Assembly (NCBI GenBank): GCA_032250835.1
Contig: JAVVEA010000004.1
Location: 128,001-192,000, forward strand
Source: a bacterium
Lineage (GTDB): Bacteria; SAR324; XYD2-FULL-50-16
Length of the DNA: 64,000 nucleotides
Direction: 5' to 3'
The position numbers and the translations under genes were made by a program. Below, piece after piece: positions 11,259-21,500 of the stretch (positions are counted from its first letter, which is position 1; each line of letters starts with the position of its first letter). The notes under the pieces are model-generated. The model was not told the DNA's origin. It was given only the letters and a program-made list of their open reading frames with translations, and searched no databases.

Positions 11259-14114
11259 CTAAGCTCCGGGTTGGTCCGTCATATTGGAAGACTCCACATC
11301 AAGAACCATCAAGGGACGGTCCTCAAACAAGGTGGAACCCAAAAACAACTGGCCCTTGGCAAAGTCATCCAAGTCCGTGCGGATCGGCAAGGCGGCCTGA
11401 TGCACCACCTCATCTATCGGCAACAGGAACCTACCGTTGGCTTCACTTTTGATCGCCAAAAAACTTTGATGCCCTAAGGGATTTTGGGCTTTCACACCCC
11501 CGCCGAACAGCCGTTCTGGATACACCAGCGGTAAACGTCGGCCCCCCCAAATTGCGGTCTGTTGGCCCGGCAAATGCTCTAGTACTTGGACTTGCTTGGG
11601 CGAAACCAACTGCAAGATTTTGGCTTCAGGTAGCGCGAGGCGTAGCGAGCCGATCTGAACCACTAGGCAATGCAGGGTCACTTCAGACTTGGTGAAGTTT
11701 AACTCCCAACTGGTTCCCTGTCCCAGTTTGGTGGAAACCACATGGGTCCCGTTGAAGCGGGCCAAGACCTCTTTGACGGCGTTCAGGCCCACCCCGCGGC
11801 CAGCGTTTTGGTCCAGCGTCTGGGCCGTTGAAATCCCCTGCAGGAAGAGCAGGTCTAATACCTGTCGTTCGTCCATCTGCTCGACCTCCGCCAACCCCAC
11901 CACGCCAGCTTCCAAGGCCTTTGCGCGGACCCTGTCTAAATCCACCCCCCGGCCATCGTCTTCAATCCGAATCCACCGCGTTAAGATATCTTCACCAATG
12001 GTCAGGCCGATCCGGCCCTTTTCCGGCTTGCCTTGGCTACGGCGTTCCTCGGGCGTTTCCAGGCCGTGGACCACCGCATTTTTAAGCACATGGTTTAACA
12101 CCTCATGGGCGGCGGTCCAAAACTCACCGCTGGCCATTACGTTGCCCGTATCGACCACCAGTTCGACCTCCTTGCCGTACTCGCGGGCCACCGAGGGAAT
12201 CATCCTTAAATAACGGGAAACCTTGATGGGAACCTGATGGGCCGACTTGTGCAATTGCAGCAATTCGTTCAGCTGATGCCCGGCGCGGATTCGGCTTTCG
12301 GTAGGGATGTGGGGCCTAAGGTTGTAAAACAACGCCTCAAACCCACGGCGCAACTCAAAGTAACTTTGTTTGTGAACCGATAGATAAGCCTCTTCTTCCC
12401 GCTGTCTCAAGCCTCCGTCATCGGTGGACCGGCTTTCGACAAAGCGGCGGAACTCGGCGGCTTGTTCGCCGATCCAAGCCTTGGCTGAAAGGGCCTTTTC
12501 CTCGATTTCCTCTAGCCAAGCCGTCAGATCAACCTGGGGCACTCTGGCTTCGTTTAAGGCATCAATCCAGTCCTGTAAGGCGTCCACAAAGCGCGACAAG
12601 AAACGCCACAACTCGCCGGTCAGGACTAATTCCAACGCACCCAGGGGCTTGGTGATCTCTTCAATGGCGTGGCACAATTCTTTGGCCGCTGGAAAGATAA
12701 AGCCTAAACTCCCCTTTAAGCCATGTATTTTGTTGGAAACAAAGCGCAAGCGTTCTTGATATTTGGCCACCTGCTTACCCTTGAAGAAAGCGGCATATTC
12801 CTCGGGAATATAAGCCTCGCCTTCAAAGGCAAAGGTCTGCAATTTGGTCATCAACTTGGCGAGTTCCTCTGAAAGATTGATGCCATCGGCCAGAATGCTC
12901 TTTTGCGTTTCGGGATCTACAGTCACCGACATTTCCAAGATGCGCTTTTGCGCTTGGGCGTGTTTGGATAACACCACCACTTGGTCATCCAGATTGTCGG
13001 GCGTCAATTCCCCGTTCAAAACGCCCTCGGCGGCGTCGAAGCGGAAGTGGACCAAAAAACGGGTCTTCGGCTCACCGGGGCGTCCCAGGGCTAGCTTTAA
13101 GGGAAAGGGCGGGTCCTGCTGCTGTTTGAGCGCAAAATCCAGCAGCATGGTTTGGTCTGGGTCTTCAATGAATTCATTTAGCCTGGGGTAGCTGACCGGT
13201 TGGCCTTGCTCCAATTTTGCGCAAAGGTAGGGCTCTAGATCAAACCCGGCACTGATGATCTCAAAATCCGAGTTGACCTTGATGGCCATCTTATCCACCA
13301 CCTGCTGGATGCTGGAACGTTTTTCGCGGAGCTGGCTTTGGTCGCGGATCATCCCTAAATAACCGGAGAAGCCATCGCGATAATCCACACAGGGGTTCGC
13401 CCGGAAGCAGACCCACCGGATCTCGCCGTTTTGTTGTTTTAGACGGACCTCAGAAAGGTTGATCGCGGTGGCCGGTGCCTGCGGAGCGCTGCGTTCCAAT
13501 GCCGCCGCTTCGATCTGCTGCCAATCGTCGGGCTCGATCAACCTCGAAAGGCTCGACCCAAGTACCGCTTCTTCGGTATAGCCCGAGAGACTGGTCAACG
13601 AAGCGGAAACGTAGGTGATCCTAAATCCTTCGTCGCACTCAAAAAATAAGTCGGGCAACTCTTCTAACAACCGGCTGCGTCGGTCGGACTGGGTGAGTTG
13701 GCGGTGCAGTTGGTGGTATTTCAACCCCTGGCGCATGGCTCCTTCGATATCCGCCGACCGAAAGGGCTTTTGCAACCAATTTAAAATGCCCCGACTAGAG
13801 AGTGACTCGAAGGCCCCAAAGGGCTTCTGTTGCCCCAGGGCCAAGATGTAGTGGTGCTCTCTGGCGTGTTCGCCTAACAATTCCAGGTTGGTTTCGGCAG
13901 CGGGGTGGTCCAGATCGAGCAAAATGATCGCCGCTTGGCTGGCCGACATGCCATATTGCGCTTGTGATGCATCTTGTGGCCAGACCAAGGGGCAGCCTAC
14001 TTGAGAGGCGCTTTGTTCGATCAAATCTTTGAGTTCCGGCTCCAACCCGGACATGCCTAAAATATGAGGTGAGTTTGCTTCAATGATTCGGTTCATGAGG
14101 ATCAACCGGTTCAA
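11259..14114 (-). CDS. CheA-like hybrid kinase: degenerate REC, PAS, HPt, HATPase, CheW
   Basis: WLQKPF (REC), ITYVSASLTSLSGYTEEAVLG (PAS), IHGLKGSLG (HPt His), HVLKNAVVHGLETPEER, DDGRG, AGRGVGL, C-terminal CheW. Confidence 0.8.
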   Translation of the reverse strand: MNRLILMNRIIEANSPHILGMSGLEPELKDLIEQSASQVGCPLVWPQDASQAQYGMSASQAAIILLDLDHPAAETNLELLGEHAREHHYILALGQQKPFGAFESLSSRGILNWLQKPFRSADIEGAMRQGLKYHQLHRQLTQSDRRSRLLEELPDLFFECDEGFRITYVSASLTSLSGYTEEAVLGSSLSRLIEPDDWQQIEAAALERSAPQAPATAINLSEVRLKQQNGEIRWVCFRANPCVDYRDGFSGYLGMIRDQSQLREKRSSIQQVVDKMAIKVNSDFEIISAGFDLEPYLCAKLEQGQPVSYPRLNEFIEDPDQTMLLDFALKQQQDPPFPLKLALGRPGEPKTRFLVHFRFDAAEGVLNGELTPDNLDDQVVVLSKHAQAQKRILEMSVTVDPETQKSILADGINLSEELAKLMTKLQTFAFEGEAYIPEEYAAFFKGKQVAKYQERLRFVSNKIHGLKGSLGFIFPAAKELCHAIEEITKPLGALELVLTGELWRFLSRFVDALQDWIDALNEARVPQVDLTAWLEEIEEKALSAKAWIGEQAAEFRRFVESRSTDDGGLRQREEEAYLSVHKQSYFELRRGFEALFYNLRPHIPTESRIRAGHQLNELLQLHKSAHQVPIKVSRYLRMIPSVAREYGKEVELVVDTGNVMASGEFWTAAHEVLNHVLKNAVVHGLETPEERRSQGKPEKGRIGLTIGEDILTRWIRIEDDGRGVDLDRVRAKALEAGVVGLAEVEQMDERQVLDLLFLQGISTAQTLDQNAGRGVGLNAVKEVLARFNGTHVVSTKLGQGTSWELNFTKSEVTLHCLVVQIGSLRLALPEAKILQLVSPKQVQVLEHLPGQQTAIWGGRRLPLVYPERLFGGGVKAQNPLGHQSFLAIKSEANGRFLLPIDEVVHQAALPIRTDLDDFAKGQLFLGSTLFEDRPLMVLDVESSNMTDQPGA

Positions 14115-14448
14115 AATTTATCAACTTCATAACTAGATTGGAGTCTATTTTGATCTCTAACTCTTTGTATCAATTTGCCGTTAAACCTCAGTTAACCGGT
14201 CCCAAACCCCTCTGCCATAGGCCTTGGGCGGATAAAGTTTGGGTTTCTTTGGTTGGGTACCAGGGCCCAAAGCTTAGACCAAAACCCAAAGTCTCAAGCC
14301 CTATCCGGTGGCCCATCCTTTGGGCTGGTCAAAGGTTTGTTCGGATTGGCCTGCAATCAGAAGGAAAGCCGGTGTTGGAAAAAAGGGGACCTCGGGCCTG
14401 GATCAAGCGGCTTTCGTTACCCCCAGACAAGCCCGACTTGCCTGGGGT

Positions 14449-14637
14449 TATGATCCGGCCAGAGTATAATTCCCTTCTCCTCGCCGCATAAAGTACCTGT
14501 ATTTTTAAAGAAGTTGCGAACTTTCGCAGGTCTTTTGGTGGGCTTTTCAGGTGCCCCAAGACGTTTGCTTTCAGTTCGGCCTTGTTCCGGGCTCGCTTGT
14601 GACCTGACGCGTTGGATTTAACCTACTTATTTAAAAA
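14449..14637 (-). mobile_element. IS630-family remnant (transposase C-terminus and right end)
   Basis: FLNK*VKSNASGHKRARNKAELKANVLGHLKS, then frameshifted PAKVRNFFKN and YAA, resembling IS630 C-termini; ends TGGCCGGATCATA. Confidence 0.7.
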
Positions 14638-14679
14638 TGTAGATCCATGTGGTTATAGTGAATGGACCCATAACCACCC

Positions 14680-16539
14680 CTAAAGCTCCGCAAAGTAATC
14701 AAAAACCGCCAGGGCGTCTTTGTCGGAAAGGCCCGGCGTGGCGGCTAGGTCTTCGGGCATTGCGGCTTTGATGGCCCCGAGACTGCCGAAATGCTTGAGC
14801 AGGGCCTTGCGTTTGGTGGGGCCGATGCCGGGGATTTCTTCTAGGCCCGACTTGGTGGCCGCCTTGGCGCGTAGTTTGCGGTGGTGGGTGATGGCGAAGC
14901 GGTGGGCCTCGTCGCGGATGCGCTGCAAGAAAAACAGGGTGCTGCTGTTTTTGCGTAGATGGACCGGATTTTTGCGGTTCGGTTTGACCACATATTCATA
15001 GTCTTCTTCAAACTTCTCGACCCCCTGGCGTTTTTCGCTGCGCCCCTTGGCTAGGCCGATCACCTCCGTGTCGCGCTGGTCGAGGCCTAAATCACTTAAA
15101 ATAGACATTGCCGCTGAGAGTTGGCCCTTGCCGCCATCGATGATGATCAAGTCGGGCCAAGCGGCGTCTTCTTCGCTAAGTCTTTTGTAGCGGCGCTTGA
15201 GTACCTCTTCCATGCTGGCGAAGTCGTTGGGGCCCTCGACGGTCTTGATTTTAAAGATCCGGTAGTCCTGCTTGTAGGGTTTGTTTTCCTCAAAGACCAC
15301 GCAACTGGCCACCGAGTTTTTGCCCATGGTGTTGGAAATATCAAAACACTCCACCCGGTTGGGCCGGCGCGCAAGGTGCAGCACCTTCTGGGCCTCTTCT
15401 AAAATCAACTCTTCGGCCTTGGCCCCCATCATGCGCAGCTTGAGGTTGTCTTCGCCGTTGCGTTGCGCCATTTCCATCAGGCTTTTTTTGTCGCCCCGCT
15501 GGGGCGTGAGCAGGTGCACCTTGGTTTGGCGGCGCTGGACGAAGTATTCTTCTAAAATCTCCATATCGTCGTTGACCATCGGCAACAAGATCTCCTTGGG
15601 CAGGGGCTTGTCGCCTGCGAAATACAGCCGCGCCATGGCGGACCGCAAGAGTTCTTGGTCGCTATATTGTTCGCCTTCTTTAAAGAAAATAAAGTCGTCC
15701 GAAAGCAACACCCCGCCGCGCAAGAACAGCAACTGGACCCCCGCAAAACCGCCCTGGCGCACCAGTGCTAAGACGTCGCGGTCGGTACGGTCTTTACTCA
15801 AGACCCGCTGCTTGGTGAAGGTGTTGCGCACCGCCTTGAGCTGGTCGCGCACCAGCGCCGCTTCCTCAAAGCGCATAGCCTCGGACTTGGCCTTCATCTC
15901 GGCCTCCAAACGACCCAACAATTCCTCATGGTGCCCTTTGAGCAGCCATACCACCTTTTCGACCAACTGGCCGTAATCCTCGGGCGTTACCTCCCCGTCA
16001 CAGGGGCCCAAGCAACGGCCCATTTGTTTGTTGAGACAGGGGCGGTAGGTCTTGGTGCCCTCTAAGTCAAATTTACTTTGGCGTAGCGGGAAGTAGCGGC
16101 GGATGGTGGACATCGCCGCGCGGGCCGTCTTGACCGAAACATAGGGGCCAAAATAGAGGGAGCCGTCCTTCTTGGGGTTGCGCACCAGATAGAGCCTGGG
16201 GAAGCGCTCCTTGATGGTCAGTTGGAAGTAGGGGTAAGACTTATCGTCCTTTAGTTCAATGTTGTACTTGGGCCGGTGGGTCTTGATCAGGTGGTCTTCT
16301 AAGATCAGTGCCTCCACCTCGTTGTGGGTGACGATCCAAGCCAGGTCCGCCACCTTGCCCACCCAGTGGGACACCCGGGGGTCGTGGGCGGCGGTGGCGG
16401 CAAAGTAGCTTTTGACCCGATTTTTGAGGCTTTTGGCCTTGCCGACATAGATGATCTTGCCCCGGTCGTTTAAAAAGCGGTAAACGCCCGGTTCGCTGGG
16501 CAGCAGCGCTAATTTTTCAGATAGGACGGTTTCGGCCAT
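14680..16539 (-). CDS. uvrC: Excinuclease ABC subunit C
   Basis: GIY-YIG PGVY...IYVGKAKSLKNRV, ECFDISN, IIDGGKGQL, RDEAHRFAI, C-terminal HhH. Confidence 0.97.
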   Translation of the reverse strand: MAETVLSEKLALLPSEPGVYRFLNDRGKIIYVGKAKSLKNRVKSYFAATAAHDPRVSHWVGKVADLAWIVTHNEVEALILEDHLIKTHRPKYNIELKDDKSYPYFQLTIKERFPRLYLVRNPKKDGSLYFGPYVSVKTARAAMSTIRRYFPLRQSKFDLEGTKTYRPCLNKQMGRCLGPCDGEVTPEDYGQLVEKVVWLLKGHHEELLGRLEAEMKAKSEAMRFEEAALVRDQLKAVRNTFTKQRVLSKDRTDRDVLALVRQGGFAGVQLLFLRGGVLLSDDFIFFKEGEQYSDQELLRSAMARLYFAGDKPLPKEILLPMVNDDMEILEEYFVQRRQTKVHLLTPQRGDKKSLMEMAQRNGEDNLKLRMMGAKAEELILEEAQKVLHLARRPNRVECFDISNTMGKNSVASCVVFEENKPYKQDYRIFKIKTVEGPNDFASMEEVLKRRYKRLSEEDAAWPDLIIIDGGKGQLSAAMSILSDLGLDQRDTEVIGLAKGRSEKRQGVEKFEEDYEYVVKPNRKNPVHLRKNSSTLFFLQRIRDEAHRFAITHHRKLRAKAATKSGLEEIPGIGPTKRKALLKHFGSLGAIKAAMPEDLAATPGLSDKDALAVFDYFAEL

Positions 16540-16688
16540 TTTTGGAGGCTCCTGGCGGTTTGGGCTTGTCCTTGGGACTCTAAAACGTTAGGCTTAATGG
16601 ATTGCCTTGAAGGCAGAATAGAACAACCCCGAGCGGGCGGCAAGCCAAGCTTCGCTGCGGCGGTTTCCCCACCAATCTTATAGGACCC

Positions 16689-17309
16689 ATGAAGGATCTG
16701 TACGTAACCTGCCTGGACTTAGAAGGCGTTTTAGTACCCGAAGTCTGGATCAACGTAGCCAAAAAGACGGGTATCGAAAAGCTCAACCTGACCACCCGCG
16801 ACATCCCGGACTACAACGAGTTGATGGATATCCGATTAAAGGTGATCGAAGAGCATGGCCTTAAGTTGCAAGACATCCAGGCGGTGATCGCTACCTTGAC
16901 GCCCTTTGAGGGGGCCCGCGAGTTTTTGGGCTGGCTCAAGGAGCGTTGTCAGGTATTGATCCTCTCGGACACCTTCATCGAGTTCGCTAAGCCGCTGATG
17001 GCCCAATTGGACATGCCCACCATCTTCTGCCACAGCCTCAGCACCCACCCCGACGGACAGATTGCCAATTATCATCTGCGCATCGACGACCCCAAACGCC
17101 GCGCGGTCCGCGCTCTGCGGGACCTGAATTTTAAGACCATCGCCGCCGGGGACAGCTTCAACGACACCAGCATGCTCGAAGAAGCCCATCAGGGCATCTT
17201 CTTCCGCCCTCCGGCCGCCATCGCCGCCCAATTCCCGCAATACCCAGTGGTGCAGGATTTTGAAGCCTTTAAAGCCGAGTTGAATAAACACCTCCCTGAT
17301 CCCTACTAA
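16689..17309 (+). CDS. thrH: Phosphoserine phosphatase / homoserine phosphotransferase ThrH
   Basis: CLDLEGVLVPEVWI, TTRDIPDY, ILSDTF, AAGDSFNDTSML. Confidence 0.92.
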   Translation: MKDLYVTCLDLEGVLVPEVWINVAKKTGIEKLNLTTRDIPDYNELMDIRLKVIEEHGLKLQDIQAVIATLTPFEGAREFLGWLKERCQVLILSDTFIEFAKPLMAQLDMPTIFCHSLSTHPDGQIANYHLRIDDPKRRAVRALRDLNFKTIAAGDSFNDTSMLEEAHQGIFFRPPAAIAAQFPQYPVVQDFEAFKAELNKHLPDPY

Positions 17310-17315
17310 GACGCC

Positions 17316-18554
17316 ATGAGCCCCATCCAACGGCTCTTTAGCGAACCCCATCGTCTCTATTTCACCAGCGGCGCTTTGGCGCTGCTGTTGCCCATGGCTT
17401 GGTGGGGTCATTATCTGGCCCTACGGCTGATCCGCCCGCCGGAACTTTACGGCAACCCGCTGGCGGTGCACGCCTTTGGTCTGCTTTTCGGGGCCTTTCC
17501 CTTGGCGGGGTTGGGCTTTTTGTTTACCGCCTTCCCGCGCTGGTGTGATTCTTTAGATCATTTGGGCAAAAGTTATCTGGGGCCCTGGTGGACCTTGAGC
17601 TTTGGCCTGATCTTTTACTTTTTCCAGCTTTGGAGCCAAGGGCCCTGGGGGCGGATTGGGGCCTTTTTGCTCTTTGTGGGCTTACTCTGGGCTTGGTTGC
17701 ACTTGGCCCGGCTTTGGAAGGCAGGACGTCAGCCCGACAAACGCCAACCGCTGTACCTGCTGCTGGTGTTCTTCGGCGGTGTGGCGGGCTCAGGTTTGGC
17801 CGCACTCTACCAATACTTCCCCAACCCGGCCCTGTACAACACGGCGCTGGCCTTGGGCGTCTATTTCTTTTGGCCGGGGTTGGTTTTGGTGATCGGCTGG
17901 CGGTTGCTACCCTTTTTTACTGAAAGCCGCTTAGGGCCCATCGGCTGCCGCTCAATGCCCTGGGCTTTGCCTCTGTGGATCGTCGGCTTGGCGGTCAAAG
18001 CGACCGGGCAGGTCTTGGACTTCAAGCAGCTTTGGCTGCTTTCGGACGGGCTCTTGCTGGGCGTGACGCTGGTTCAGTTTTATCATTGGAAGCTTTGGCG
18101 GCGTAAAGAGATGATGCTCTCGTACCTTTACCTTGCCCTGGCTTGGTTCCCCGTCTCCTTGTTGTTTGGGCTGGCTGCCGGTTGGGACCGATTGAGCGGC
18201 GGTTATGAGTTGCATTTGGACATGGCCGGGGTCCACGCGTTGACCGTGGGGATGATGGCCAGCATGCTTTTTGCCATGCTCAGCCGGGTTTCCATGGGCC
18301 ATTTTGGTTTGCGTCCGGCGGCGACTTGGCTGACCAATACAGTTTTCTTTTTGTTGCAGTTAGCCGCCCTAAGCCGGGTAGGCCTGGAATTAGCGCTGAT
18401 CGCCCAAGCCAATGTCTTGAGCTGGTTGAGCCTCCCGGCGGGCCTTTGGCTGGCTGCTTTTGGCCTCTGGGCCTTGAGGTTTTTGCCTTTTTACTTTAAA
18501 CCTAGAGCCGACGACGCGCCCGAAGCGCCCCGGTCGGTACCACCCCAACCTTAG
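17316..18554 (+). CDS. nnrS: NnrS-family membrane protein
   Basis: PHRLYF, GFLFTAFPRW, RLLPFFT, HALTVG...SRVSMGHFG. Confidence 0.85.
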   Translation: MSPIQRLFSEPHRLYFTSGALALLLPMAWWGHYLALRLIRPPELYGNPLAVHAFGLLFGAFPLAGLGFLFTAFPRWCDSLDHLGKSYLGPWWTLSFGLIFYFFQLWSQGPWGRIGAFLLFVGLLWAWLHLARLWKAGRQPDKRQPLYLLLVFFGGVAGSGLAALYQYFPNPALYNTALALGVYFFWPGLVLVIGWRLLPFFTESRLGPIGCRSMPWALPLWIVGLAVKATGQVLDFKQLWLLSDGLLLGVTLVQFYHWKLWRRKEMMLSYLYLALAWFPVSLLFGLAAGWDRLSGGYELHLDMAGVHALTVGMMASMLFAMLSRVSMGHFGLRPAATWLTNTVFFLLQLAALSRVGLELALIAQANVLSWLSLPAGLWLAAFGLWALRFLPFYFKPRADDAPEAPRSVPPQP

Positions 18555-18560
18555 AGATTT

Positions 18561-21500
18561 ATGACCCGCGAAGAGTTCCAAAAGCTGCTGGACAGCCAAG
18601 TATTCTTGATCGACGGTGCCATGGGCACGATGATCCAAAATTACGGCTTTGGCCCCGAGGTTTACGGTGGCGAAGTCTTCCAGATGCTTTCGGACTTGTT
18701 GGTCTTCTCTCGGCCCGATGCGGTCAAAGAAGTGCACTTGGCCTATTACCGGTCCGGCAGCAACGCGGTGGAAACCAACAGCTTCGGGGCCTCGCCGCTG
18801 CGTTTGGCGGAGTTTGACTTTTCTGGGTTGGACTTAAGCGAATTCCCCGAGGAATTTCAGGACATCAACCGCCTGCCCCTAAAAGAATTTGCCTATAAGA
18901 TGAGCTATCAGGCCATCAAGATCGGCTTAGCAGCCAAAGAAGAATACGCCGCCAGCCCCGAATATGATGGCCGCTCCCTGGCCGTCTTGGGTAGCATCGG
19001 CCCCAGCAACTGGGTCTTGAGCCCCACCCACGCAGACTTGCACAAAGGCAAGTTCGACCAGATCGAAGACAACTTCTTCGAACAGGTGCGCGCCATGATC
19101 GACGCGGGGGTGGATATCCTGCTCTTTGAAACCCAACAGGACATGCTGGAACTGAAGGCCGCGGTCTTCGGAGCCCAGCGGGCCATGAAGGAATGCGGGC
19201 GCGAAGTGGCCATCATCACCCAAGTGACGGTGGACCAATTCTCGAAGATGCAGATTTTCCATACCGACGTGCAGGCCGCCTTGGTGACGCTGCAAGGCAT
19301 CGGCATCAGCGCCTTCGGCATCAACTGCTCAATCGGCCCCGACCTGATGCGCCCTACCGTCGAAAAGCTGGTTAAATATTCTCAAATCCCTATTTCGGTG
19401 ATCCCCAACGCGGGTCTGCCGGTTTCTGAGAATGGCCAGACGGTCTTTAAGCTGCAGCCCGAAGACTTCGCCAACTTCATTGAGCCCTATATCGAAATGG
19501 GCGTGAATATCGTCGGCGGTTGTTGCGGTACCAGCCCGGCGCATATCGCCGCCTTGGCCCAAAAGGTCAAAGGCAAGACCCCCCGCCCCCGCAAGCCTCA
19601 TCAGGGTCTTTGGGTTTCAGGGCCCCAGCGGGCCATCGAGATTGACGGGGACGACGCCTTGGTACGCATCGGCGAGCGCCTCAACGTGCGGGGCTCCAAA
19701 AAGGTGCGGGACGCCGTGGAAAACGAGACGGGCATCGACCAATCGGTCTTAGAAGAGGTGGTCAAGGAGCAGGTCGAGGATTTAGGCATCGAGGTGTTGG
19801 ACGTCTGTATGGACAGCAACCAAGTGAATACCGCCGAGACCTTGGTTTCTGTGATCAAGGGCCAGTGCGTGGACTTCTCCGGGGCCTTCTGTATCGACAG
19901 CTTTGACGTAGAGGCCCTAGCCGAAGCGATCAAGGCCTATCCGGGCCGCCCGATCATCAACAGTATTTCCTTAGAAGAATACGCCGAGGGGCTCGATAAG
20001 GTGGACGCCGTTTTGGCCGTGACCAAGGCCCACGCGCCGCTGTACATTGCCCTGACTACCGGCCCCGAAGGCCCGGCGGTGACCAAGGAACAGAAGATCG
20101 ACTTGGCGAGCCAAATCCTCAAGAAAGCCATCGAGAAACATGGCCAGAAGCCCGAACAGTTTTTGGTGGACATCAACGCCTTCCCGATCGGTTCCGAATC
20201 CGAAGAGGGGATGAACTTCGCGCTCGAATCGATCCACTCGATCAAAGGGATCAAGGCGCTTTATCCGGGCGTAAAAACCACCATCGGCGTCGGCAACCTG
20301 ACCAACGGCTTGGCCAAAAAGCCTTACATGCGCAAGGTTTTGACCTCCGTCTTCTTAGACGAGGCCCGCAAAGAGGGCTTAGACGCCGCCATCGTCAACC
20401 CCCAGCACTACGTCCCCATCGAGTCTTTGCCCGAATCGGACCGGGCCTTGGGTTTGAAGATTGTGTTGGAGCGGGACATGGACGCCTTTGCGTTGCTAGA
20501 GGAAATCGCCGAAGCCAAGAAGGGCGGCCCGGTAGTGAAAAAGACCCGCTACGAGGACCTAAGCGACATCGAGGCGATCTGCCAGAAGATCAAAGACGGG
20601 CACAAGGAACGATCCGCCGGGCAGGTGAGCCTAGACGGGGCGAGCTATGACTATGCCGATAAAATTGTCGAGCAGGTAGCCAAAGTGGTCCGCGACGGGA
20701 TGGAGCCCTTGGTGATGATCAACGACCATTTAATGGTCGCCATGGAACAGCTAGGCGAAGGCTTTGCGGACGGACAGGTTTCGCTGCCCCACTTGCTCAA
20801 GGCAGCCGACGTGATGAAGCAGGTGATGGGCTTTTTGGAAACCTTCATGAAAGCCCGCCAAGGCCAGAGTGGCGACGTGCCGATCAAGGGCACGGTGGTG
20901 TTGGGCACGGTCTACCAGGACGTGCACAGCATTGGCAAAGACCTGACCAAAACGCTGATGGAAAACTATGGCTACCGGGTGATCGACCTGGGGGTACAGG
21001 TGCCGCTGGCTAAGTTTGTGGAGACGGCCATGGCCGAAGGGGCCACCACTATTGGGGCTTCGGCGCTGTTGGTGCAGACCAGCAACCACATGATCACCCT
21101 GTCTAAAATGATGGAAGAAGCGGGCTTGGGCGACAAGGTAGACCTGCTGATCGGCGGGGCTCCGGTGAGCCAGCGCCATGCTGCCCAGGTGGCCTTGGCG
21201 GGCCGCGAAGACCAGATGCGCTCCAATGTCTTTTACTGCGGTTCGGCGATGGACGGCGTCAATATCTTAAGCCAACTTTCCGAGGGCCCTCGGCGCGACG
21301 AACTGCTGGTGAAAAACAAAGAACGCTTAGAAGAGGCCTTGGTGACCGGAGCCCAACGGGCGGCCAATCAGGCGGCCTTGATGGCCAGCCTGCCTCACCG
21401 CGCCGTGAGTGAGCGGGCCGGGGCGGGGATCGAAAAGGCCATTGGGCCCCAAGAGGTCCATATCCCGCTGACCCAATTTGTAGAAAAGCTGAACCAGACG

